Program-made: the position numbers and the translations under genes
Source of the DNA: a virus
Taxonomy: Duplodnaviria; Caudoviricetes
Length of the DNA: 63,254 nucleotides
IMG/VR virus record: IMGVR_UViG_3300049144_000047
Location: 1-63,254 of that record
Direction: 5' to 3' (one strand)
The notes under the pieces: generated by a model
What the model saw: only the letters and a program-made list of their open reading frames with translations
What the model was told of the DNA's origin: nothing
Database searches by the model: none
Shown here: positions 29,306 through 38,825 of the stretch, piece after piece
How the letters are laid out: the number at the start of each line of letters is the position of its first letter
How positions within the stretch are numbered: position 1 is the stretch's first letter

Positions 29306-29707
29306 CTACGAGGCGGCGCCGCCCAGCCGCTGCCGCTGACCGCCCAGCCGGAACCCGTGAATGCTCACACCGGACCGTCGGGCAACCCAGGCGGCGTCAT
29401 CCTTCGACAGCGGACTGCCCGTCGGTGAAACGAACAGCGGGCCCGCGTCGCGGTCTCCGATCAGCTCCCGCAGCATCCCGGCTGCCTGCTCACTGAAAGG
29501 CACGGTGCGAGGCTCGCGCTCGCGCTTCGGGAAGTCCACCGGTGCTGTACGCGCCGCCAGGTCAACGTCTCGGACGTCCAGAGACAGCAGATCCCCCAGC
29601 CGCAGTTCGCCCTCTCGCAGCAGTGCCCACAGGGCGCGATGGCGGAGCGGGATCGACTCGTCGGCGATGAGGTGACGGTAGTTCTCTTTGTTGATGGCGT
29701 CAGGCAT
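29306..29707 (-). CDS. Truncated tyrosine-recombinase catalytic-domain protein
   Basis: ELRLGDLLSLDVRD, GPLF, SIHGFR; no catalytic Tyr segment. Confidence 0.7.
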   Translation of the reverse strand: MPDAINKENYRHLIADESIPLRHRALWALLREGELRLGDLLSLDVRDVDLAARTAPVDFPKREREPRTVPFSEQAAGMLRELIGDRDAGPLFVSPTGSPLSKDDAAWVARRSGVSIHGFRLGGQRQRLGGAAS

Positions 29708-29734
29708 GGGGCCAGTCTGCCCGAGCAGGGCGCG

Positions 29735-30370
29735 CTACGGGGCGGACTCCGGCGGCTGCCCGACGTAGGTTCCGCGCCCCTGGACCTTCCACACGACCTG
29801 CTCCTCGACGAGGACGTCAAGCGCACGCCGCACGGTCGATCTAGCGATCTTGTAGTGCTGCACCAACTGAGGCTCGGACGGAATCGGCTGGCCCAGCCCC
29901 CACTCTCCGCGCTCTATTCGGGCTTTCAGGATGTCGGCCAGCTGCCGGAACGGGGTGACAGGACCATCGTCGATCTGCTCGGATTTTGGCTTGGCTGGGC
30001 GGCGCGGCATAGAGGGCACCGGCCCGGCCGGCAGGGGCACGTAGGGCAGCGTGTCGGCGAACGCCACCACGTCCTTGAAGTGGATGCCAGTGAAGTACTC
30101 ACCCTTACGTACCTGCTCTGCTCGGGCGCGGCAGAAGCTGAGAAGCAGGCGCTCGTTGTCCTCCGCCTGCCCATGCGGCTCGGAGAACCATAGATCGGCG
30201 ATCGTGATCCCAAACGGGGACAGGCTGGACCGGTACCTTCCGATCCGGTCAGTCGGCTTTCTCGTGAAGCCGACCTTTATCACTCCGACGTTGAAGCCCA
30301 CTACGTAGACGTATGGCCCGAGTGGCGACGAGCGCGGCAACTTGCTCAGGGTAGGCTGACGCCCAGCCAT
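29735..30370 (-). CDS. GIY-YIG/T5orf172-like domain fused to GntR wHTH
   Basis: YVYVVGF..IKVGFT..R, GEYF; C-terminal IPSEPQLVQHYKIARSTVRRAL..GRGTYV. Confidence 0.7.
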   Translation of the reverse strand: MAGRQPTLSKLPRSSPLGPYVYVVGFNVGVIKVGFTRKPTDRIGRYRSSLSPFGITIADLWFSEPHGQAEDNERLLLSFCRARAEQVRKGEYFTGIHFKDVVAFADTLPYVPLPAGPVPSMPRRPAKPKSEQIDDGPVTPFRQLADILKARIERGEWGLGQPIPSEPQLVQHYKIARSTVRRALDVLVEEQVVWKVQGRGTYVGQPPESAP

Positions 30371-30483
30371 GAGGACCACCATTCCTCTGGTCAGGCCCTC
30401 GTTCGGTGTTGGTAGCACCTGCGGGGGCCGCTCTTTTTTGCGCCCATCCTATCGTCGGCTTTAGGTGGCGCCTGGGAGATCTG

Positions 30484-30729
30484 CTACCGCTTTCCCGGCT
30501 GCGGCAGTTCCGTGACGAAGGTTCCGATGCCCGGCTGCATCTCAGCGAGCCCCGCCTGGCGCAGCTCCTTCAGCACCCGCTTCGCGGTCACCTGGCTGAT
30601 CCCGAATTCATCGCAGATCGCCATCGCGGAGGGGAGTCGACCGCCCGGCTCATAGGTGCCGTCGACGATCCGCTCAGACATCACGGCGTACACCTGCCGC
30701 CACCGAGGAATCTCCGGCTCCCACTTCAT
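30484..30729 (-). CDS. Small GntR-family regulator
   Basis: GTYEPGGRLPS..PGIGTFV. Confidence 0.85.
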   Translation of the reverse strand: MKWEPEIPRWRQVYAVMSERIVDGTYEPGGRLPSAMAICDEFGISQVTAKRVLKELRQAGLAEMQPGIGTFVTELPQPGKR

Positions 30730-30858
30730 GATCTCGAAGCTAGGTGGACCAAGCCGGACGCGCGAGATCAGACGACCTATACGGGCTACACCACCTATAC
30801 CGCAGGGGTAGCCTGCAATTGCACGGACCCCCGCGACCGCCGTCAACGGCCCGGGGGC

Positions 30859-31113
30859 ATGGCCGACGAACGGAGCGTCGACGTGGATGAGCCTAGAGAC
30901 CCGCCACCCGCAGCCGAAAGCCCGCAGCCCGCAATCTCCGCCGGCACGAGGCTGAGCCCCGTCCAGGAGGCCTACGGCGACTACACCGGCCACGCCATCC
31001 GATGCCCCAAGTGTCGGGACATCGACCGCGACCGCTGCACTGACGGCGAACGGCTGTGGCACGTCTACCAGCAGATGAGCGACCAGGCGTACAGGCGGCT
31101 ACAGGGCAGGTAA
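30859..31113 (+). CDS. Hypothetical Cys/His protein
   Basis: HAIRCPKC..CTDGERLW. Confidence 0.55.
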   Translation: MADERSVDVDEPRDPPPAAESPQPAISAGTRLSPVQEAYGDYTGHAIRCPKCRDIDRDRCTDGERLWHVYQQMSDQAYRRLQGR

Positions 31114-31346
31114 CCGGGGTGACCGGTCGGTTCAGATCAAGCCACCTCATTTCGGGCCTGCGGCCACTCCGGGCCGCTGACCTGGGGCAATGCAGAAACG
31201 TTTGGCCAACGCTCCACCTGCAGTTACGTAAACACACAGGGTATGAACAGAAAGTTGCAAAGAATGCTGAGGAAACCTTCACGTTAGGCTGAAACTGGGC
31301 TTTACTCGTGACCCCAGGCGCCCCCCAACGCCCGGCCCGAAAGCGC

Positions 31347-31976
31347 TCACTGCATCCGCGTGGGCGCCAACCGAATCAACCAACGATCCATCGGTAAGAT
31401 CAGATCGGCAGTCTCCAGGGGGCGGCCTTGAACGTCGAAGCGAGTGCGCACCACACGGTAGGCCAGCGTGTCCACCAGCAGCCCCAAAGCGTGCGCCTGC
31501 TCCTCAGCCAGCGACACCACCCCCAACTCCGCCGCATAGGACGCATGCGGCCGGCGCTGGCCACGCCACCACGACGAGATGAGCATCGCCGACCTGCCGC
31601 CCGGGTCGAGGCATTCGACGGTCTCATGCTTCAGGGACGCGCCTTCATGGACGCCAAGCCGCTCCGCCAACTCCACCGTGGCGGCGCGCGGGCGGGTGTC
31701 GGTGGTCTCGGAGGACCAAGGCCAATCAGCGTCCGCATCCGTGAGAGTGCGCATAGCAGGAGGATGCGCCACATACACGGCCCGGCGCTCCTCGCCCTCC
31801 AGCACGCCGGCCCGGCGCAGGAGAACGTAGGCGAGGCGAACCGTTTGTGGATGCACGCCGAGTTCGGCAGCTAGCTCGGCGCGCGAGGGAAGATCCTGGC
31901 CCGGCCGCCACTCACCGGCGGCGATACGGCGACGGATGTCAGCAGCGATACGCCTATGGCGCGCACCCTCTGGCAT
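31347..31976 (-). CDS. GntR-family regulator with UTRA-like C-terminus
   Basis: GEWRPGQDLPS; RTRFDVQGRPLE. Confidence 0.8.
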   Translation of the reverse strand: MPEGARHRRIAADIRRRIAAGEWRPGQDLPSRAELAAELGVHPQTVRLAYVLLRRAGVLEGEERRAVYVAHPPAMRTLTDADADWPWSSETTDTRPRAATVELAERLGVHEGASLKHETVECLDPGGRSAMLISSWWRGQRRPHASYAAELGVVSLAEEQAHALGLLVDTLAYRVVRTRFDVQGRPLETADLILPMDRWLIRLAPTRMQ

Positions 31977-32370
31977 CGGAACCCCCGCCGACGATCATGA
32001 CGTGAGGTCCCGAAGCTAGGCGCACCATCCGAGACTGGATATATCCAGGGTCGCGGCAAGCGCCTTCGGCAACTGCACAGAGAGGCTTCGGCATCGCGGG
32101 AACCTGAAGCCCGCGGCGCCGAGTGGTCCACCAACCAGCCGTGTACCCCCTACGGCGGCTGCGCGGTGAACCAGATGGGGTACCCGACACCGCTCGTCGT
32201 GTACCCACCCCAACGGGTGAACCGTTCCCGCACCGGTTGCGGGAAGGTGCTCGTTGCACAGGAAGCCGGAGCCGGAGTCGATCCACAACCCCCAAGGTAT
32301 GCAAGACGACTCCGGCTCCGGTCCCTCTATTACGCCCCAGGCCGTCTGCCAGGTTCACGGAATCTGAGAT

Positions 32371-32593
32371 ATGGGAGACAGATGGGAGATGATCAATGGG
32401 AGCAGACGCATGAATCTGCTAGAACACGCTAGAAATTGCTACCTCACAGAACACGCCTCGCAGGTCAAACCGCTGATCAGCAGGTAGGAGACCTGAAACC
32501 CGCCCGGCAGGCGGCATCGACATGATGCTCACGCTTCAAGCCTGATCAGGCTCTGACCTCGGCATTCAACCGCCGTCCGCCTCAGATGGGAGA
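32371..32593. other. Putative attP region
   Basis: ATGGGAG repeats at 32371, 32382, 32396, 32586 flank a non-coding core at the integrase 3' end. Confidence 0.6.
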
Positions 32594-33900
32594 CTACTGG
32601 GAAACGGCGGAGCCCACCAGACACCCCGCCCCCAGAAGCTTTCCCACCGCTCCTGAAGACTCTGAGCGATCGCCGCCTCCATCCGCGGCGTCAGATTCGA
32701 GTACAACCCCTCAACGCCGGCCACCTCGTGCCCCATCCGCGTCTCAATCGCCGTCCGCGAGTGCCCGTCCTCGTCGAGCCACTCCCGATGCCCGTGCCGC
32801 AGCAGATAGAACCGCTTCCCGGCCATCTCGGGCACGGCGGGAACCGCCGGGCGCACGAAGTCCTTGCGGCCCACCCTCTCCGGCCAACCATCCCGCATCG
32901 GCACCCAGTAGCTGTCGTACCAGCTGCGCGGCATCTCCCCGCCCTGAATCCCAGGGAACACCCACTCGCTGTCGTGCGACGCCAGCAGCACCGTATGCAG
33001 CTCATGAAGGAACGGCGGCAGCACCAGCGTGCGGTGGCTGTCGTACTTCGGATCCACGAGGATCCTCGACCCGTCAACGTACTGCTGCTGCCACTGCACC
33101 CGCAGCGCCGGCATCGCATCGGCCCCGTAGCGGCCCGCGGCCTCGGCCCGGCGGTCAGGGTCGGGATCGCTGGCCGGCCAGGTGGGGGAGGCGAACTCCC
33201 GCCGCAAACCCCACGTTTCACCAGGCGGCCTCATGCCGGTGAAGGCGACGGTCCACACGCACACCCAGCCGGTGAAGCCCCAGATGGTGTACGCGTTGCA
33301 CGCCAGGGCGTGCAGGACTTCCATCTCCATCGGCCGCTTGGTCTCACGCTTGGCCTTGGTGTACCTGCCGCGCCTGCCGTGCTTGATGACGGGGGATTCG
33401 GCACGCAGCTTGTACTTGACCACGGCGTCGGTCATCAGCAGGTTGAACAGGCTCAGCAGCTGGTTGACGTAGTGGTGGGAGATCTCGCCTGCCGCGGCAG
33501 CCTTCGTCAGGCTCTTCTTCCAGGCGTCGTACTCCCAGGCGGTGATGTCCCCGATGGGCCGCTCACCCCAGAAGGGCACGATGCGGGCGCGCAGCCGGGA
33601 CTTGTAGCGGTCCATCGACATGGGGCGCAGATCCTGAGCCTCCCACCACATCCAGCAGTAGTCCCGCATCAGCGTCTTGGAGTTGGCCCGACGGATGTGG
33701 GTGCCGTGGCGGACTTCGTGCTCGCGGTCGAGACCGTAGTTGTAGGCCTCTTCCTCGTCTTCGAACGGGATCCCTGGCTCAGGCCCGCTGGCGGACTCGT
33801 ACTTCTTCCGTCGCGTTGCATTGCCGTCGGCGTCGAGTTTGTACTCGCCAGCCCACCACTTCACGCGGATGCTGTTGCCGCGGACCTCCACGTAAGGCAT
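32566..33900 (-). CDS. int: Tyrosine integrase
   Basis: TGMR, YLLRH, MGH, GLY; N-terminal arm-binding region. Confidence 0.9.
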   Translation of the reverse strand: MPYVEVRGNSIRVKWWAGEYKLDADGNATRRKKYESASGPEPGIPFEDEEEAYNYGLDREHEVRHGTHIRRANSKTLMRDYCWMWWEAQDLRPMSMDRYKSRLRARIVPFWGERPIGDITAWEYDAWKKSLTKAAAAGEISHHYVNQLLSLFNLLMTDAVVKYKLRAESPVIKHGRRGRYTKAKRETKRPMEMEVLHALACNAYTIWGFTGWVCVWTVAFTGMRPPGETWGLRREFASPTWPASDPDPDRRAEAAGRYGADAMPALRVQWQQQYVDGSRILVDPKYDSHRTLVLPPFLHELHTVLLASHDSEWVFPGIQGGEMPRSWYDSYWVPMRDGWPERVGRKDFVRPAVPAVPEMAGKRFYLLRHGHREWLDEDGHSRTAIETRMGHEVAGVEGLYSNLTPRMEAAIAQSLQERWESFWGRGVWWAPPFPSSLPSEADGG

Positions 33901-33975
33901 GGGACCCCCTTGGGTGGATCTCGGACGCGGCAGTCCGGCAGGTACCCCTACCGCCGGGACTCCGCGGCCGTTTGC

Positions 33976-34173
33976 TCAGGTGCCGAGCCAGCAGCCCCGA
34001 CACCCTTCGCAGTCTCCTCCTACGCGCTTCACGATCTCTCGCATCGAGCGTCTGGCGTCTTCGCTCGTCTCGATCTCGGGAGGCGCCACACAGATCATTC
34101 TCCCATCTGCCGGGCCGGCCCATCCTGCGAACTCAGGGCCGACGTCGACTATGGACAGAGTGCTCCGCACAAC
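33976..34173 (-). CDS. Small Cys-rich protein (start uncertain)
   Basis: CEGCRGC; between repressor and integrase. Confidence 0.45.
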   Translation of the reverse strand, partial: VVRSTLSIVDVGPEFAGWAGPADGRMICVAPPEIETSEDARRSMREIVKRVGGDCEGCRGCWLGT

Positions 34174-34333
34174 TGGTTCCCCCTTCCGGGTGCTAACGGG
34201 GAACCCCCAAGGCTTGTCACGACTCTGCCATGTTACGAGCCTGTTGGGACCGTGTGGGACCAAAGTGGTCTGCGGAGAAGGTGCAGCAAGACCGTGAAAG
34301 AAAATGGTTGTACTACTTTCTGCTGAAGTTCAG

Positions 34334-34750
34334 TTAGATCACCCCGCGCTCCCGGAGTTCCTTCAGGACCCGCTCGTTCAGCGCGAGGATCTCATCACCC
34401 GTCAGTGAGCCCTTGGTGGCGATGGCTGCGGACGTGACGGCGTCGCCCACAGCTCGCTCAAGGACTGACTTCGGGATTTGCGCAATGTGCGCATCGGAGC
34501 CTGGGTTGACCGGTTCGTTGATGATCGGCTCTTCGCCGTCGAGGATGCGCTGGCAGCTGCCGACTGCCCATTGGAGGGCGGTCTCGATTCCGGTGTACGA
34601 GGTCGCCCTGACGTTCAGGCCGGCCTCGACGCGCTTCCAGGTGTCCTTGCTCATCTCGGCAAGTTTGGCGGCCGGCTCGATGCCGAGCCGGAGCTGTTTG
34701 CGGCGCAGCGTTACATGCTCCGCCAGGCGATCAAGGTCAGGTGTGGCCAT
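34334..34750 (-). CDS. Immunity repressor (XRE HTH)
   Basis: HTH, divergent from cro-like gene. Confidence 0.8.
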   Translation of the reverse strand: MATPDLDRLAEHVTLRRKQLRLGIEPAAKLAEMSKDTWKRVEAGLNVRATSYTGIETALQWAVGSCQRILDGEEPIINEPVNPGSDAHIAQIPKSVLERAVGDAVTSAAIATKGSLTGDEILALNERVLKELRERGVI

Positions 34751-34760
34751 GAGGGCATCT

Positions 34761-34940
34761 TGCCAGGACCAGCTAGGACCAGCCAGGAGTGGGCCGAATG
34801 AGTCCGGAACGCAGCGGGTTGATTGCGGAATGTGACCGATAGTTAGCGGCTAGCTCACCCATGGCCACGCGTTCACTCAGCGAAATCACGCGAGAACCTG
34901 CTAGAAGCTGCTAGACAGGACCGCTAACTCCCGCTAGGTT
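34761..34940. promoter_or_regulatory. Immunity operator region with phased GCTAG/GCCAG direct repeats
   Basis: tgccaggacc-agctaggacc-agccaggagt and tgctagaagc-tgctagac..cgctaactcc-cgctagg. Confidence 0.6.
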
Positions 34941-34946
34941 CAGTGC

Positions 34947-35201
34947 ATGGAACAACCCCCTCCCACCTACCAGGTGAAAGGGGCGGAAATCCGCAAGCTC
35001 CGCATGCAGGCAGGGCTGAGCACCGCAGAGATGGCACGAAGAGCGCAGATAAGCAGGCGCTACCTCGGCCACCTCGAAACCGGATACCGCACCCGCATGA
35101 GACCAGGTCCCTACCAGCGGCTCCGCACAGCGCTCGGCCTGCCGGCCGACTCCCAGCAAATCCTTCGAACTCCCCCGCAAGACCCCCCAGAGAAGAGGTG
35201 A
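34947..35201 (+). CDS. Cro-like XRE regulator
   Basis: AGLSTAEMARRAQISRRYLGHLETG. Confidence 0.85.
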   Translation: MEQPPPTYQVKGAEIRKLRMQAGLSTAEMARRAQISRRYLGHLETGYRTRMRPGPYQRLRTALGLPADSQQILRTPPQDPPEKR

Positions 35202-35202
35202 C

Positions 35203-35550
35203 ATGTCTCCCCGCAAGCCCACCCCCACCAAGCAGCTTGAGGGCTTCCACAACGTCAAGCAGGCCACCGTCAAGCTTGGCCTGGCTACGGAAGACGAGAA
35301 GGACACCCGAGGCCAGCGCTGGCTGCGGGATGGCTGCAACCGCAAGCCGGAAGACGGTAAGGGTAAGCCGTTCCCCCACAGCCGCCTGAACGGACAGTTG
35401 GTCTTCAGCGACTCCGACCTTGCCGAGATCTACGCCATGCACCGCAGCGCCCCGACCCGGCGCGGCCGGCCGAGGCGCACCCGCCCGGCATCGCAGCCCA
35501 CGGACATGCAGCGGACCGCCGGCCAGGACGAGCTGCAGCACGCCGCCTAG
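35203..35550 (+). CDS. Excisionase-like DNA-binding protein
   Basis: FPHSRL..LVFSDSDL; follows cro. Confidence 0.55.
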   Translation: MSPRKPTPTKQLEGFHNVKQATVKLGLATEDEKDTRGQRWLRDGCNRKPEDGKGKPFPHSRLNGQLVFSDSDLAEIYAMHRSAPTRRGRPRRTRPASQPTDMQRTAGQDELQHAA

Positions 35551-35653
35551 CACCAAACAGCCCCCACTACCGGGCTTCCACACACCGGCAGCAGGGGCGT
35601 CGCGGCCAAAGCCGCGCGATCCACCCCAAGAACCGTGAGAACAGGAGTGAACC

Positions 35654-36031
35654 GTGAGTTCATCATCCCACCCCATGACCGATCGGCGTTTCGCCGAGAT
35701 CCAGAATCGTCGCCTCGATGAGGTCACGCCCGGCCCTTGGCTGGTGAGCGATGACCAGGACGGGAAGGCGGTCGTGTACGTCGAGCGCCAGTCTCCCGAG
35801 GGCAAGACCTACGCGAGCGTTCTGCTCGTCTCGGACTGGGCCACCGAAGCGGACGTCCAGTTCGTGGCCAGCGCCAGGCGCTCCGTTCCTGAGCTGATCG
35901 ACGAGGTTCAGCGCCTCCGCAAGCTGGTCGCCGACCTGGAGCAGGACTCCGCCACGCTGGCGGCGCTTGAGGCGGCTGGTGTGGACAACTGGGAGGGCTA
36001 CTCCGACGCCATGCAGGCGGTGGAGTCATGA
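35654..36031 (+). CDS. Hypothetical protein
   Basis: TPGPW, AAGVDNWEGY. Confidence 0.65.
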   Translation: MSSSSHPMTDRRFAEIQNRRLDEVTPGPWLVSDDQDGKAVVYVERQSPEGKTYASVLLVSDWATEADVQFVASARRSVPELIDEVQRLRKLVADLEQDSATLAALEAAGVDNWEGYSDAMQAVES

Positions 36032-36780
36032 CCGACTACCCGGAGATCGCTGCCCGGTTCGCCCGGGACACGGCCGCCCACACGATGGCGGTCCTGCACG
36101 ACGACGGCCTCTACCGGCACCTCAAGTTCATGAACCCGGAGCACGGCAGCTTCGGCGCCTTCCAGCTCATCACCTGGCCGTACAACCTCGTCGTGAAGAC
36201 GGGCTGGACCTTCCACTTCGACATCGACGCGACCGAGGACATGTTCGACCTGTTCCGCCGCACCGCCTTCAGCGGGCGGATCAACCCCGGCTACTGGTCG
36301 GAGAAGGTCCGCGCCGGGCGCGACGAGGTCGAGGGCTTCACCCCGGACCTCCTGAAGGCGGAGATCGCGAGCACCATCGCACAGTGGATGCGCGACGACC
36401 TCGACATCCGCGTCGAGAAGTGGGCCAAGGAGATGGGCTTCACTCAGGAGGATCTGCGACAGCCCGGCATCCGCAAGGAGCTGGCCCGACAGGTCCGGTC
36501 CGACTGGCGTGCCGCCAACCGACAGCTCCGCAAGGCGGTCCACGAGCACTTCTTCAGCGACATGGCCGACTACAACGTCGAGTACGAGTCCGAGGCCCAC
36601 CGGGCCCTGCACGACTTCACCTTCCGGCCCGAGGGCGACGACAGCGAGTACCCGTACTACTTCGCCGACTGGCACAAGTGGCGGCTGAAGGACTTCACGC
36701 CGGGCTTCCTGCACTCCTGCTACGCGATCCGCCACGGCATCGACGTGTGGGACGCCGCCCGGAAGGCGGTGGCGGCATGA
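36028..36780 (+). CDS. Hypothetical phage protein
   Basis: DDGLYRHL, INPGYWSEK. Confidence 0.7.
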   Translation: MTDYPEIAARFARDTAAHTMAVLHDDGLYRHLKFMNPEHGSFGAFQLITWPYNLVVKTGWTFHFDIDATEDMFDLFRRTAFSGRINPGYWSEKVRAGRDEVEGFTPDLLKAEIASTIAQWMRDDLDIRVEKWAKEMGFTQEDLRQPGIRKELARQVRSDWRAANRQLRKAVHEHFFSDMADYNVEYESEAHRALHDFTFRPEGDDSEYPYYFADWHKWRLKDFTPGFLHSCYAIRHGIDVWDAARKAVAA

Positions 36781-36907
36781 GCGAGCAGCGTAAGCAGCAG
36801 TCGGCCCCGACGGATCCGCGTGTGGGCCTGAACCCGACGGGGCGTCCGCGCCGGTCGTCGGCCCCCAGCCGCAGGAAGCACGCCCGCCGCGCACAGGGAG
36901 GTGCCGC

Positions 36908-37477
36908 GTGAACGCCGAGACCTTCAACGCCCTGTACGAGGTCGGTATCCCGGTGTTCGCCTACCCGGGCGCCCGCCCGGAGGACGACGCGAACGATGAG
37001 CGTCTCGTGACGAGGACCCGCAGCCGGGCATCGGTGCTCGGCGGCCACACCGACGTCGTCTGGGTCGAGGACCACAGCGCCTGCATCGCCCTCAGCCACA
37101 TCGACGTGGTCACGGAGGACGAATGGGAGGCCGCGAAGGTGGACGCCGCTGAGGCCGCCCAGGGCGCCCTGCCGATGCCCGTCGGACCGGAGGCGCTGGA
37201 CGACACCCGGCTCGCGGAGATCCGGAGCCTGCTGCGGTACGAGACGTCGATCTCCTTCCACAGCGCCCGCGCCAAGCAGTCGATGCTCCTGCTGCTGGCC
37301 GAGGTTGAACGCCTCAACTCAGAACTGGCTGGAGCTCGGACGGCGGCGCTGAACGAGGCCGCCGACTGGTTCGAGCAGCGCGCCGCCACCGAGCCGGACC
37401 AGAGCTACCGCGCTCGCGTCATGCGAGGAGCCGCTAACGACGTGCGGCGACTCGCCACCGAGGCGGCGGCGTCATGA
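36908..37477 (+). CDS. Hypothetical protein
   Basis: Coupled ORF, high GC3. Confidence 0.65.
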   Translation: MNAETFNALYEVGIPVFAYPGARPEDDANDERLVTRTRSRASVLGGHTDVVWVEDHSACIALSHIDVVTEDEWEAAKVDAAEAAQGALPMPVGPEALDDTRLAEIRSLLRYETSISFHSARAKQSMLLLLAEVERLNSELAGARTAALNEAADWFEQRAATEPDQSYRARVMRGAANDVRRLATEAAAS

Positions 37478-37640
37478 CCCGCCCGATCGCCCACGTCGAC
37501 GTCCCTCTGCCGGTGCTGACGCTGCAGGTGGCTGCCGCTCACACCGCGTCCGAGTCGGACCGTCTCGCCTACGCCGACTACCCCGCATGGGCCGCTGCGC
37601 TGGCCGCCCAACCCACCTACTTCCGCCCGCAGGAGGCGAA

Positions 37641-38114
37641 GTGAGCGGCCTCGACCACTACAACGAAGCGGTACGGCTGCTCGCCGAGTCCCGCACGATC
37701 CTCCGCAACAACGATGAGACGTGCCCCGAAGCCGACCGAATGATTGCCGAAGCCCACGTCCACGCGCTGCTCGCCGCCGTAAGCCGCCCGAAGTCGGGAG
37801 AGTTGGCCGAGGCCAACGGACAGACGGTCTCCCGTGTGAGTAGCGGAGACAAGGCCATGGCCCTGACGGCGTCACCTGACGCTTGGTCGCGGCTCGGGCA
37901 AAGCCTGCGAGAGCGACGCGAGGCCCTCGGTCTCAGCCGCCGCGCCCTCGCCGAGAAGGCGGACGTGTCCGAGAAGTCCATCCAGATCGCCGAGGAGGGG
38001 CGTGTGCCTACGCGCTGGCCGCTGACCATCGGCCCCATCACTCGTGCCCTCGGTTGGGAGCCCGCCACTGCTTTGCAAATCGTCCTCACCGAATACGCCG
38101 AGGAGGCGTCATGA
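37641..38114 (+). CDS. HTH DNA-binding protein
   Basis: GLSRRALAEKADVSEKSI. Confidence 0.7.
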   Translation: MSGLDHYNEAVRLLAESRTILRNNDETCPEADRMIAEAHVHALLAAVSRPKSGELAEANGQTVSRVSSGDKAMALTASPDAWSRLGQSLRERREALGLSRRALAEKADVSEKSIQIAEEGRVPTRWPLTIGPITRALGWEPATALQIVLTEYAEEAS

Positions 38115-38428
38115 CGACCCTTGCTGACCTGTCCCGCCCGATGGCCCTCATGCGTCTCCTCGCCGTCGACCACCCGCACCTCCCCGCCCCGCACGTCGGG
38201 GTGTCCCCGCACTATCCGCACTCCCTGGCCCTGTCGGTGCACGGCGACCTCGGAGCGTTCGAGGCGTGGCGGGAGGCGCTCGGCATCGACCCGGAGGCGG
38301 TTCGCCGCAACACGCAGTCCGGCGGCACGACGCTCGTCCTCAGCGCTGCCGCGACCATCGCGGACGCCCACGTCGAACTCGTCGGCTACAGCCCCAACGT
38401 GGCCCTCGTCGTTGAGGCGGTGGCGTGA
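38111..38428 (+). CDS. Hypothetical protein
   Basis: ATGA coupling, RBS ggagg. Confidence 0.6.
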   Translation: MTTLADLSRPMALMRLLAVDHPHLPAPHVGVSPHYPHSLALSVHGDLGAFEAWREALGIDPEAVRRNTQSGGTTLVLSAAATIADAHVELVGYSPNVALVVEAVA

Positions 38429-38628
38429 TGGCGACCGCAGCCGAGCCCCGCCCGCTGGCCGACCTGGAACAGGACGCGATCGCAGCCATCGAGGACGAGA
38501 TGGCACGCCGCGCCAAGGGCGTGAAGCCGTGGACCACCACCGAATACGTCGAGCAGGTCTGCCGCGTCCACGCCCGCTACGAACACCGCCGCCGCTGGCT
38601 CCGCCAGCACGAGCAGGAGGCCGCGTGA
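38428..38628 (+). CDS. Hypothetical protein
   Basis: TGATG coupling. Confidence 0.6.
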   Translation: MATAAEPRPLADLEQDAIAAIEDEMARRAKGVKPWTTTEYVEQVCRVHARYEHRRRWLRQHEQEAA

Positions 38629-38825
38629 TGACCGCCGTCGACTCCCTCGACTCGATCCTCGAAGCCGCCAGCGAGACAGGCGCCGTGGTCGCCGTCCCCG
38701 GCCTCCTCAACTGGCTCGGCCGCAAGCCCCACACCGTAGACCCCGACTTCAAGAAGTCGATCGACGGCGGGTTCACCGAGTCGTTCGAGGACTACTGCCA
38801 GCGCATCAGCAAGGAGAAGCCGTGA
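38628..38825 (+). CDS. Hypothetical protein
   Basis: TGATG coupling, RBS. Confidence 0.55.
   Translation: MTAVDSLDSILEAASETGAVVAVPGLLNWLGRKPHTVDPDFKKSIDGGFTESFEDYCQRISKEKP

Noticed and set aside
32490-32560. tRNA fragment as att core
   Set aside because: No T-loop GTTCRA or acceptor-stem pattern seen
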